64,000 nt of DNA, from NCBI RefSeq assembly GCF_001447785.1, contig NW_015164671.1:157098-221097 (forward strand). Reading direction: 5' to 3'. The notes under the pieces were generated by a model. That model was not told where the DNA came from and made no database searches. It saw only the letters and a list, made by a program, of their open reading frames with translations. Of the stretch, positions 10,767 to 21,702 are shown piece after piece. The stretch comes from Gekko japonicus (lineage: Eukaryota). The translations under genes were made by a program, and so were the position numbers. Numbering within the stretch: position 1 is the stretch's first letter; the number at the start of each line of letters is the position of its first letter.

Positions 10767-11377
10767 CAAGAAGCAGGGAACTGCAATACTCGCAGGGGGA
10801 GAAGGGGCTCCACGTGGAGGAGGAAGCAGCCGCAGGTGAGCCTTCTCCCCCGCCCCACCCCCACACTGAGGCGAGGCCCAGGCCCACCAATCCTTCCCCC
10901 CCAACCCCTCTGGCACCGATGGTGCGGCCCATGTAGCTCTCAGCCAGTGGGCCCGCCAATCTTTCTCCCCCACCCCCACCCCGCACTGGCGGTGAGCCAC
11001 ACAGGCCTGCCGAGCCTTCTCCCACTCCCCCCAGGCACTGGAAGCAAGGCCTGAGCAGCTCCCAACTGCCAGGCCCACTGAGCCTTTTCCTGCTCCCCCC
11101 CCTTGGCACTGGCAGTGAGGGAGGCCCAAGCTGCTCACAGCAGCTGGGCCCACCAAGCCTCCCCCCAAAGGTCAGAGCATTCTCTGCGCATGCGCAGGGA
11201 ATGCTTTTACTTTTGGGGGGATTTTAATATCCCCCGTATATTTTTTCAACTTTTTAGATTTCAACTTTTTAGATTTTTCTGCACACCTAGGGACTGCTCC
11301 AAGTGTGCAGGAAAATCTCTCTGCCCCCCCCAAGTGCCCCCAATGTGCAGGGGCAACTTGGTTATTAGATATATAGA
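10767..11377 (-). mobile_element. Non-autonomous Helitron, copy 1
   Basis: Minus strand begins A|TCTATATATCTAATA and ends with hairpin CTGCGA-GTA-TTGCAG (10781-10795) followed by CTTG|T. No TSD. Termini shared with 50921-51783. Confidence 0.78.
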
Positions 11378-12599
11378 TAATTTCCCGTTAAGCAGAGGAA
11401 CAATGCTATAGGGGGATCCTTTGATGAAGAATATGTTAAGAAAAGTGGTTTGTGTATGTGTGAATGGCTAGTCTCTGACCACTCACTTACATGCATGTAC
11501 ACAGCAACAGCATCTGCTTTACTGAAGGCTTTTTTGGAGAGGCAGAAATCAATTCTATTTATTATTAGGTTCTGTTCTAATTATCTGCACTTGAGAATGC
11601 ATCATATTCTGTTATGATATGTTCAGAAGCCCTCTTTGCCTGATTTGAGCTTTGTTTGAATGGTTGCCTTTTGTGTTTTAGAGTACAGAGAAACTTTAGT
11701 TTAATGGCAGTTTGACAGCTTCTCCCCCAAGTGACAAACTAAAAATGATCTAATGCACATTAGAACTTTTAGCTCTGAATCATGCGGAATTCTGTAGGGA
11801 CTGGAGCTTGAATAGTTGATGATTTATAGGGGGGGGGGAACAATGCTGCATTCATAGCCAGATTATTTATGCTAAACCTCTGGTGATTTGCTTTATTTTG
11901 CTCTCTGAATTCTATAGCTTTTATAGAGGGAGTTCAGAGCACCTATAATGTTGTCAGATCGGTGTCTGGTGAGTACTTAGTACATGTTCACACTGCAATG
12001 TTAAGCTCAAAGGCATTAATGCCCCCCATTTTCATAAAAGCCCTGCACTGACAGCATTATGGAGGTCATGAACTCATCGAAAAGTATTCCCTTTAACTTG
12101 AAGTGGTAATTTTTTTAAAAAAGCATCATTGTTGCAGAACTGAGGAAATGCAATGTCTTTGCCAATACTTAGCAAATAAATAATAATAATGTATCTGAGC
12201 TTTTGCCTCTTGCAAGTGACTCACTTTAAATGTGTGGTTATCCTCTCCCATTGACAAACAGCAGGAGCAATTACATTAACATTAGTTAGCCACATAAGAC
12301 AACTGGGGAGGATTTAATGGCAGCTCTGTCAGAGTTTGGCATAAACTATTGTTCTGCTGTCCTAGCTAGTACCAAGTAGAAGTACAGAGTAGCATTTATA
12401 AGGTCAGGGGCACTTTGCATTTTATAACATGGTGCACATGTGGAATCACATTACTGACTTCCAGAAGGATTGCATCAGATATTCTGTATTATCAACATTT
12501 GTTTCAAAATTGCATAATTTAATGTGGTTGAAAATTGACAAAAATGAAGGAAATATTCACCTTGCTGAAAAAGTTTACAAGTATCCATTAAATCATAAC

Positions 12600-13053
12600 T
12601 ATGGATGGGCACAAACCGTAAAAATGTGGTTCGTGTTGGCTCACGGTTTGCAGCCAAACCACAAATTGACACAAATCGAACCAGGAGGTTCGTGTGTGAA
12701 CTGAACCAGTTCATGGTTTGTGGTCCCATTGCTCAGCTGCTTTCTTGGGCTTTCTTGTGCACTCCCTTAAACTTTAACGGGACTGCACAAGAAAGCCCAA
12801 AACAGCTGGGTGGCAGGGAGCAAGATGCTCATCTGTTTTTGTGGCTTTTGAAGGGAACAGAACGCAAGTGTTTAAAGGGACTGAGTCCCTTTAAGCCCCT
12901 GATTTCTTCTCTATCCATCAACCACCACAAACTGCTTTAAAAGTTAATGGAAACTTGTGATGGTATTCCCATCATGAACTTTGATTTGCGAACCATGAAC
13001 AGGGAAAATTTGTCATGAATTTTGCTTCATGGTTCAGTTCATGCCCATCCCTA
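12600..13053. mobile_element. hAT (Ac-like TIR) MITE
   Basis: TATGGATGGGCAC...ATGCCCATCCCTA; subterminal GAACC/GGTTC repeats; TSD ATCATAAC / GTCATAAT (6/8). Confidence 0.75.
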
Positions 13054-13276
13054 GTCATAATATCAGCCATGATGTTTTGATATTGTCACCAAGAATCATG
13101 TGCATTTCTGCAGACAAACAGATTATGCAGCAGTTACAGCAAATTAGAGTGATGATAATGACTATAAAACATGGGGGGGGGGGGGGTTCAGGAGCAGCAA
13201 CAGCATCCCAAGAACAAAAATTGGTGAAAAGTATTGAACCATGTATGATCACAAGAGTCAGAACAATTGTCCCAAA

Positions 13277-13419
13277 TTAGTTGCTGTAGATTTTTCAGGA
13301 TGTGTGGCCATGGTCTTGGAATATTACTGACTTGGCACATTACAGCCAAGACCACAGCCACACATCCCGGAAAATCTGCAGCAACGAATGAACTCCGGCC
13401 GTGAAAGCCTTCGACAACA
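13277..13419 (+). mobile_element. Penelope-like element pseudo-LTR fragment with inverted duplication
   Basis: 13281-13319 is the inverted copy of 13346-13384; ends CTCCGGCCGTGAAAGCCTTCGACAAC; 12-bp TSD AATTGTCCCAAA (13265-13276, 13420-13431). Confidence 0.75.
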
Positions 13420-14129
13420 AATTGTCCCAAAGGTGTGCTGCTCAGTACTGCTTATGAAAACTAACATGAAATTTGGAAAGTAATTTTGTATTCAAGGTGT
13501 GTTGGTTGCACACATCTCAGTATAGATCATGTTGCTGTAAATTGGTGGACTCCCTCCATCTTGAATCATAACTGAGTTGCCAGTTACAGGTATTATATTG
13601 CTTCTTCTGTTAGGGGTACAGAGTAGGGAGCAATTATTATGAACACACTACTAATTAAATATTTTTAAATATTATAAAATATGTTATAATGCAAAATATA
13701 TAATAATGCAATGAGAAACAGTGAAGGTGGCCATCTTTATATTATTCAGGGACTGAATATTGTCATGCTTAGTAACTCAAAAGGGGCAGCTTTATCTAAT
13801 GCAAATCTGTCTGCTAATTTTACTTGTTCTGATGGCCCCTGAGATGTATATTGTGTCCCAGCTCCAAGATAATCTGTGTATGGTTGGGTGCTATTCCTGT
13901 GTTAGAAGCAGTATCATAGCTGTGTTGTTTCAAGCTACAGCATCCCACAGGATCATTTCTCAGGGTAGCATCAAGCAAAGAACTTGCCGAAATGAATGTC
14001 ATCACTGATCAAACAATGAAGACTATATGAAAGTTCTGTCTTGGTGATTATATGGATGTATAATGGAGATTATATGAATCTCACATGCTTTTCAGTGAAT
14101 TCACACTTTTATTTGCAAGGTATCAGCGG

Positions 14130-15240
14130 CTAGGTTCTGTTTAAGCTGTGCCAGGCTGTGCTGGCGTACCGATTTTCCCTGGCCAGTGCAGCAATTTTTA
14201 CCACAGCGCAGAGGCGGGAGGTTCCCTTCCCAATGGCCATGCAGCACGGATCCATTTGCTCAGGCAGCACAGAAACTCAGCAATATGCTTTGTGTTTCCT
14301 AATCTGGGCTGGCCCTGCCTCCCTTCAGATGGGATTTACTTTCCCTGTGAAAGGGGGCGCTACTACCCTCCCCAGCAGTCCTCTACTTCATGCTCCTGGA
14401 AATACCCTGGCCCAGAAGGAGGACTGCTCTGTTGCCCAGCTTCTGCCCTTCCTGAGGTGAGTTCCTGGTTGTTTGTTTTTCTTAGGCTGGGGGTGGGGAG
14501 TTGGCCTCAGCAACATGCTAGAGGCAATCTGGTGTGTTCTGGTGCTTTGCAAAGTGACTCTTCGTGTCCTTAATCCTGGGAGGTTAGTTGAAGAAGGTGT
14601 GGGGGGGAGCCAGCCACAGCAGTGTGCTAGAGGCAATCCGGTGGATTCTGGTGCTTTGCAAGGTGACTCTCTGTGCCCTTAAGCCTGCAAGGTTACTTAA
14701 AGAAGGTGGGAGGGGAGCCGGCCTCAGCAGCATGCTAGAGGTGATCTTGGGTCTTCTGGTGCTTTGCAAAGCTACTCTCTGTGCCCTTAACCCTGTGAGG
14801 TTAGTTGAAGAAGGTGGGGGGAAGCCGACCTCAGCAGTGTGCTAGAGGTGATCTGGTGTGTTCTGGTGCTTTGTAAGGTAACTCTCTAGGGCCTTAAGCC
14901 TGCAAGGTTAGTTGAAGAAGGTGGGGGGGGGGAGCCAGCCTCAGCAGCATGCTAGAGGCAATCTGGTGTGTTCTGGTGCTTTGCAACGTGACTCTCTCTG
15001 CCCTTAAGTCTGGGAGGTTAAGAAATACAAGTATGTTCCATATAAATATAAATAAGTTTAATATAAATATATGGCTTGTAATACAAATGATAATAGTTTA
15101 TATGTTGTTTGCACATTTGTACACTTAAATAATTTTTTTTTTTTAATGTCGGCCTGCTCACAGTTTTAATGCTAGCACAACTTTTGGCTCACAGGGTAAA
15201 ATTTCTGCTCACAAGACTGCACACCGTAGAGGGAACATTG
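14130..15240. mobile_element. 1.1-kb non-autonomous hAT element with an internal minisatellite
   Basis: Right end ...GCTCACAAGACTGCACACCGTAGAGGGAACATTG matches the TIR family at 26345 and 49778; degenerate left TIR; TSD ATCAGCGG / ATCAGTGG (14122-14129, 15241-15248). Confidence 0.72.
14504..15021 (+). repeat. Tandem array of about five ~108-bp units
   Basis: Unit GCCTCAGCAGCATGCTAGAGGCAATCTGGTGTGTTCTGGTGCTTTGCAAGGTGACTCTCTGTGCCCTTAAGCCTG..AGGTTAGTTGAAGAAGGTGGGGG starting at ~14504, 14613, 14721, 14828 and 14938. Confidence 0.9.
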
Positions 15241-16469
15241 ATCAGTGGGTGAAGAATCATATGCTTGCAGATGTGAACCCGCCCCCAGTTGATGATCCTT
15301 TTACCTGCTTTGCAGATCTAGCCTGTCAAGAGTCAATAAATATCTTATTTGATAGTCTTTGCTTTCTTCATTGCTCCCCCCCTCACTAAAGATCTTTGAT
15401 GTAGAGCTACAGCAGAGCGCTTAACAACTCTGAAAAGTATGCCTTTGTGCTAGGGTTTAACTGAACGATTATTTCTCTTTCACTCCCATTCAGAAACTAG
15501 TACTTGATTTGAGGAAGCTTTGAAGATGACAGTGTATTAGCTGTCAGGCCTTATATAGTGTGGCATTATTTGCAGCTTCCTCACTTCTTTTTACTGATCT
15601 CTGCTTGAACAGCAGTACTGAGGGGGTGTCATATTAAGATAATTACAGTATCTAATGAACTGTCTTCTCCTAGAAAGCTTCTGCAGATGCATTACCCATG
15701 TGATCCAGACAGGCTGTAAATGTTTCGATTTGCAAGTAAATGAAACATTCCCTCTCCCACCAACCAGTGCCTCCAAAATTGACATATCTGTAGGAAAGAA
15801 GTGATGATTGGGCATTTCATAGAGATTACGAAGTCTCATCTCCATGGAGGTTTACAGTTGCAGATAATGTTCAGAATAAAGCATTTGCTGTCATCTTTAG
15901 AATGATACCTGGCAAGCTTCTAGCTGGCAGTCTATCAAAACAAAATTCAGAAACATTTTGCATCTCCATTAGGCACATACATTGGTGCAAATAATTGCTT
16001 CTGGAGGTTCTGTTTTCTTTTAATAATCTAGGAAGTGTGTAGGCTGATCAGGCAGTAGATATAATGAAGATGCTATGCACACACCTGGACACCTGGAACA
16101 TCATGTAACAGTTGGTGGCGGTGTATCCATCTTTGTTTTAAAAAGGTCTTAAAATGCCAATGCATTAGAGCTAATATAGATTGCAGTCAGATACATCCAC
16201 AACCCAGAATCAGGGTGGGAATATCATGCTAGCTCACTATGACTTTAGTACAATTCAGTCAGATGCATGCACCATTATCGGCTGATCCCTACATTCTGCT
16301 AGTTGTTTGGTACTTTCCAGAAACCACATTTTCAGTTGTGATTACTACAGTTGTTTAGAATTCTTAGGGCAAAATCCCACAATCACAATTCAACTTGTTA
16401 TTTGGGGTGAAAGAGGTAATCAGCTCGGAAGAGGTAGCATATACCTCTTGCTCTGGATATTCTCTCTTG

Positions 16470-16743
16470 CTCTGGATTGCAAGACTGGATCTAATGGGTG
16501 GAAATTACAAGTGAGTCGTTACCAGCTAAATATCAGGAGAAACTTCCTGACTGTAAGAGTGGTTGAGGAGTGAAACAGACTGCCTCGGGAGGTGGTGGAT
16601 GCTCCTTCGCTGGATGTTTTCAAGTGGAGGCTGGATGACCATCTTTCGGGTATGTTGTAGGGTTTTCAGCTATGCTCCTGCAGAGTGCAGGGGGTTGGAC
16701 TATATGACCTGCAAGGACCCTTCCAACTCTAACATTCTATGAT
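16470..16743 (+). mobile_element. CR1 LINE 3' end
   Basis: ORF2 end TGSNGWKLQ..RYQLNIRRNFLTVRVVEE*NRLPREVV; 3' UTR GGGTTGGACT...CCCTTCCAACTCT then the ATTCTATGA terminal repeat. Confidence 0.88.
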
Positions 16744-17198
16744 ATATATTTTCTAAATACATTAATTAATAATAAAGAACAGAAGTTCTAATAGACATTA
16801 CACTTATTCTGGGGAGAGTCAATAAAACTGCTATGAGATTTAGAGAATGGTGATTGTGGCTTAGAATTCTAAACTACCACATTAATAAGAACAACCACAA
16901 ATATATCTTCTATAAAAAGTCTCTGATTTAAAAACAACAACGAACAAACAAAGGGCTTACAAAATGCACAGATCAGCCAGCACTGAATAGCACTGAAAAA
17001 TGCTTTTTGAATTTTCAGTTCTGAATCCAGTTATGGATCAAATGCTTGCTAGTAGCATCCCACCAGTTTGGTGTAAGGGCTGTTTGGGTTGGGGTACCTC
17101 AGAGACTGGAGCAGGATCCTCCATCAGGGAAAAGATAACAACTCAGTAGATGCTTTCACTGCTTGCTGTGGTTTTCCCAAGCCAGCACATCTTACTCA

Positions 17199-17822
17199 GG
17201 CCCAATGTGCATCTAGCATTTTGCTCTGCTGTTTTACCAAACCCATGTTGGAACAGAAATTCCCCTCTACATTGCATGCCACTTTCACTTTAATTGACTG
17301 TCGGATTTTATGGCAGTGTCCAGACTGGATGTCGCTTTAACTTCATTTGATCTCTCGGTTTTATGGAACTGTTTGCATAGAATTATGGCCATTAAGACGC
17401 TGAGCTGCCGATTGGAAGATCGGTAGGTCAGCAGTTCGAGATCCCAGTGCCGCGTGACGGAGTGAGCGCCCATCTCTGGCCCCAGCTCCTGCCAACCTAG
17501 CAGTTCGAAAGCAAGAAATTGCGGATAGATAAATAGGTACTGCTTCGGTGGGAAAGTAACAGCATTCTGTGTGCCTTGGTGTTTAGTCATGCCGACCACA
17601 TGACCACAGAGAAGTCTTTGGACAACACTGGCTCTTTGACTTGGAAACAGAGATGAGCACCGCCCCCAAGAGTTGGATTCAACTAACTTTCAAGCGAGGG
17701 AAACCTTTACCTTTACCTATGGCCATTCAAGGGTGACTCTTCAGTCAGTACAGCATTGGCCCGGGGTATTTGAGTGTGGGTTTGGTAAAACAACAGAGCA
17801 AATGCTAGATGCAGATTGGGCC
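17199..17822. mobile_element. Harbinger-type MITE split by a Sauria SINE
   Basis: ~50-bp inverted termini GGCCCAATGTGCATCTAGCATTTTGCTCTGCTGTTTTACCAAACCCA / TGGGTTTGGTAAAACAACAGAGCAAATGCTAGATGCAGATTGGGCC; flanks TCA / TAA. Confidence 0.75.
17394..17717 (+). mobile_element. Sauria SINE (5'-truncated)
   Basis: Body CCCAGCTCCTGCCAACCTAGCAGTTCGAAAGCA...AAATAGGTAC...GAGATGAGCACCGCCCCC and (ACCTTT)n tail; 10-bp TSD TATGGCCATT (17384-17393, 17718-17727). Confidence 0.92.
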
Positions 17823-19269
17823 TAAAACTATCACTCTGCCCTGCCTTAGTGCTGCTGGGATCTGATTTCCCACTCCAGCAAGTAGACTTGTATTATTCTA
17901 GTATTAGAGCAACTCCCTTTCACCATGCCATAGACACTAATTTTGTGTCATTTGCATAGAAAGAATAACACAGAATTATGCAAAAGTGGTGTAAAATGAT
18001 GTTATATAGCATATAGAGACAAATTTCCATCCTTCACCCCCCCCACACAATGGCATAAAAGAATCTGTAACAACTATATAAATGGGGTGAACTTAATGCA
18101 ATGACAGTGCCAACATAAGAAATAAAAAATTGAAAGAAATGAAAATGGTCACATCAGATCAACCTTACCTCTAACTCAACACAAGCTGTCGCTCATCAGA
18201 GTGATGGGGGATGTGTGCATTTTTTGGAAGCTGCTCTGGGTTCTTTCAGCCTCTCATTCTGTCTGGGTTACTAAATTATACTGACTGCATTGCTATATGT
18301 TCCTCAGCCTTTCTTCCCCCCCCCCATCTGATTCATACAGTTCCCTGACCTCCTTACCTGATTTTTGGCCATTTATCATTCCCAGTTTACTGTACGACAT
18401 TTTGTAGGGGCCTTCCTGAGTACTTTTGAGGCCTATGGTTTCTGTATTATATCATCATACAGCCACATATTTAGAATAGTATTAATGTTCTATGGAAATC
18501 GAGGATCTTTCATCCTGCCCTGAATCTTTAAATGTTCAGCTGATTCTCCATCCTGGGTGAATTTCTTGCCATATTTACATTGCTAAAGTTAGTTTTGTTG
18601 CTTTTTGAAGGCCAAATGTGACCATTTTTAACACAATACTTATTTCTAATAATAGGTTTGATTCAATTTCCACTGAAATCAATTAGAAGCCCCCCCATCA
18701 CTTAAAAGGAAATTAGATCAAGCCCACAGAGACAGAAAATGAATGCCCTGCCATTTATTTGAAGAAATTAATTTGGAAGTCTAGGTATGGAACTCATTTT
18801 AAAACATCAAACAAGAGAAAGTCTTATTTACTTTAAGATCATCCTTGCTCTAATGGACCATTATGTTCGCAAACCAACATAAGTTTTCATTTCTTATTTA
18901 AAATAAGGTCTGACAGTATTTACAAAAAGACAGACAGAGATCCAAATTCTGTGGAGTCTACATTCAGTGTATGGGTGATTTCCCACTAGCGCTGCTCCGG
19001 GCTCACTCTTCACTTTTGCCTCGATGGTAGGTGTCAATTTCACACAAGCTGCTGCGTGGCCGCATTTTGCCTCTCAGCTTCGTGCGATTTCCCCGCGTCT
19101 ACTCAATCCTGTGTCTTGGAGAAAAACTTGCAGTGGCCTGCACAGGACCACTCCACTCAGCAAAGGCTGAGGTCTTCCTCCAGCTTAACCTTTCTTCAGC
19201 TTCAGTGGCCCTTCCTCCAGAAAAAATGAATTGCAAATAGCTTACAGTAGACCAAACGTTTTTTAGACA

Positions 19270-19420
19270 TAAGGTTGTAGATGCAGTCCTTGGTAACTCC
19301 AGTTAAAGGATCTCAGATCAAATGCTGGGAAAGTCCTCTTTCTGCCTGAGACTCTGCAAAGCTGCTACTTAATAATACAATCAGTATTTAGATGGATCAA
19401 AGGTTGCTTTGCATGTTCAG
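19270..19420 (+). mobile_element. Decayed Squam3-like SINE fragment
   Basis: CTCCAGTTAAAGGATC...CTGGGAAAG...CTGCCTGAGACTCTG...TAGATGGA...CATGTTCA; matches the reverse complement of 44572-44775. Confidence 0.5.
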
Positions 19421-20240
19421 TAGTGATTCACATATGAAAGATCTTTCCTATGCTTGGATTGCCCTTTGCATGTGAAAACAGATGCCTTTACAGAAATGCA
19501 CTTTTCTTCAATTTTCACAGAAAACGCATTATACTACTATCATCAAACAGAATTTCAAGGTAAATCTCTGAGTCCAGTGGACATAATACCAATCTCTGAA
19601 AAGCTTTTTTCTCTCATAAAGAGTTTTGCATTTTTTGTCTTATGTTTCTTTCCATTCCACAACCATGATATGGCCTGGTCATATTTATCAAGGATTCTAT
19701 GTGCTACCACAATATGTCTAGATGTACCCTATATATGCACAAATTATAAATTTCTTTCACATCTTTCCAATACTGCATAGACCTCAGCACACATCACACC
19801 CTTTACATAATACAGAAGCTCCTAATTGATGGCTGGTGGGTCTCTGATGTGATAATTCTTGATTCATGTAACTATTTCAGGTACCTCAATATCCTTGAGA
19901 AAACTAATTTCATATTATGATAACCTAGATCATCTGGGGTAGTTTTTAAGGTCAAAAATATTAATTGCCATCAATCTGACTAGTCTAGCTCTTGCTTAAT
20001 GTGAGGATAATACCGCTTTTAAAATGCTATAACTCCTAAGGTAAAAAAAACACCCCATAATCCAATTAGACATATGCTTTACTACATCCTCAAAGCCTTC
20101 TAATTTGAATATTAAAGCTCCTCTTTAAGCCTGCTTATGTTAAAATGGCAATGGGATTATTCTCAGCAATGGCAGAATTCTGTTCAATTCTGAAAGCTTC
20201 TGGTCCCTATGCGGAGACTCACACTTACAAAAGCAGACTG

Positions 20241-20314
20241 ACAGTGCAATCCTAAACTGAGTTATAGCTTTCAATTGATTTAGAAGGGGGTACTTCTGTT
20301 TAGAATTGCACTGT
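20241..20314. mobile_element. Short palindromic MITE
   Basis: ACAGTGCAATCCTAAAC...GTTTAGAATTGCACTGT; related copy at 28029-28119. Confidence 0.7.
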
Positions 20315-20927
20315 GGAAAATGCCTCAGCCGAGCAAATGGTCAGTGCTGTGACCTTTGACACAACCGATCAAGTTTTTGGCAGTGGGGGAGGAAAAGCCC
20401 TTGTAATCAGTCCCAATTCATGCATACTCATATCACACTGTCAAACCTGCAATGTTAATCAGCAGTTGAACAGTGCACATGTTGCTGTGCTCCAGCAAGC
20501 AGCATCTGATGAACTGTCTAAAGTGCTGGATGTACCATTTTGTTATAAATAGGGGCTGACAAATGATAGCATTAAGACTCAATTTAGCCCTCAGGATCTT
20601 CCAACCTATTTCCCAGTATACCCCTCAATTCTTAAGACACCCCTTATCATATACCATACCTGTTTTCTATTGCAAGTGACAAGATGTAGGAAACATTCTC
20701 TTCAACAGAGGACTGTTCAGAATGCTCAACTTACTCCTGATTTTCTTGCCAGTCAATCCACAAGCCGTGGAATTGGTTTGAGCATGGTTCTTCTGTGCTT
20801 CTGCAGTTGTGGAGTCAGTTTATTTACTTCCTCACGTGCCTTAAATAATGAGGATTTTCAAGGGAGGGTGCTGTTGTTATTGGTAGAGTCACAGCATGCA
20901 CACACACACCATTTTTTGTGCATGCTT

Positions 20928-21155
20928 TTATTGATATAGTGTAGGGCTGATAGTTTAAACAGGTTCTCTGAATTCCCAGCCTTCATTTTTTAAAAAGTAA
21001 GTCTCTAATCTCTTCCCTAGTGGAGGTATAAGGAAAAAGCATATCTCCACAAGGGAGGAAATAGAGACTTGCTTTTAAAAAAGAAAAGAAAGCTGGGAAT
21101 TCAGAGAACATGTTTAAACAATCATTACAACACAATCATTACAATATATCAATAT
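20928..21155. mobile_element. AT-rich palindromic MITE
   Basis: GTTTAAACAGGTTCTCTGAATTCCCAGC...AAGTCTCTA...GTGGAG mirrored by CTCCAC...TAGAGACTT...GCTGGGAATTCAGAGAACATGTTTAAAC. Confidence 0.75.
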
Positions 21156-21702
21156 TTTAGTGCCTTTAAAAAAAATGAAGCCACATCTTCAGGTCAGAGA
21201 GGGGAGGAAAGGTATTAATTTGACAGTGATGACAGGCCAATCAGCAAAAAGTGGTCTGGAAGTGGATGTGAGTGGGTGGAACAAAGAAAACCAACTGAAA
21301 CAGTACACATCACAAAAAAGGTGACTCAAAATCAGTATCCGTAAAAAGATCAAGGTAAAAGAGGTCTCAAAAGAAATAGGGAAAAAAAACTTGAGGAAAA
21401 ACAAAAGACCTCCCTGCCAAAAAAAGCCCTCCCTAAAGGCACAAAAATGTATCTGGAAATCAGAGGATAGAAGCGATATGGGGCCAGAACTGATGGGGAA
21501 AGAAAGCATGCAGAAAAACCCAGTGTATCCCTCCCAGTGTAAATACAACAGATCAGAGGTTCCCCTTTTTTTGCATCTCACTGCTAACTACCACATGCAA
21601 GACAGTCAGAGGCAACTGAGAGTTCCGTGCTGAGGGTCATAAGGGTAGAATTCTGTTAAAGCCTCTATTATTGTTCAAGGATGTTATTATTATTGTTCAA
21701 GG

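Noticed and set aside
14504-15021. CRISPR-like repeat array
   Set aside because: Units are contiguous diverged tandem repeats without unique spacers, there are no cas genes, and the context is vertebrate.
21189-21633. Hydrophobic 130-aa and Lys-rich 80-aa ORFs
   Set aside because: These are compositional artefacts of an A-rich strand with no recognisable homology.
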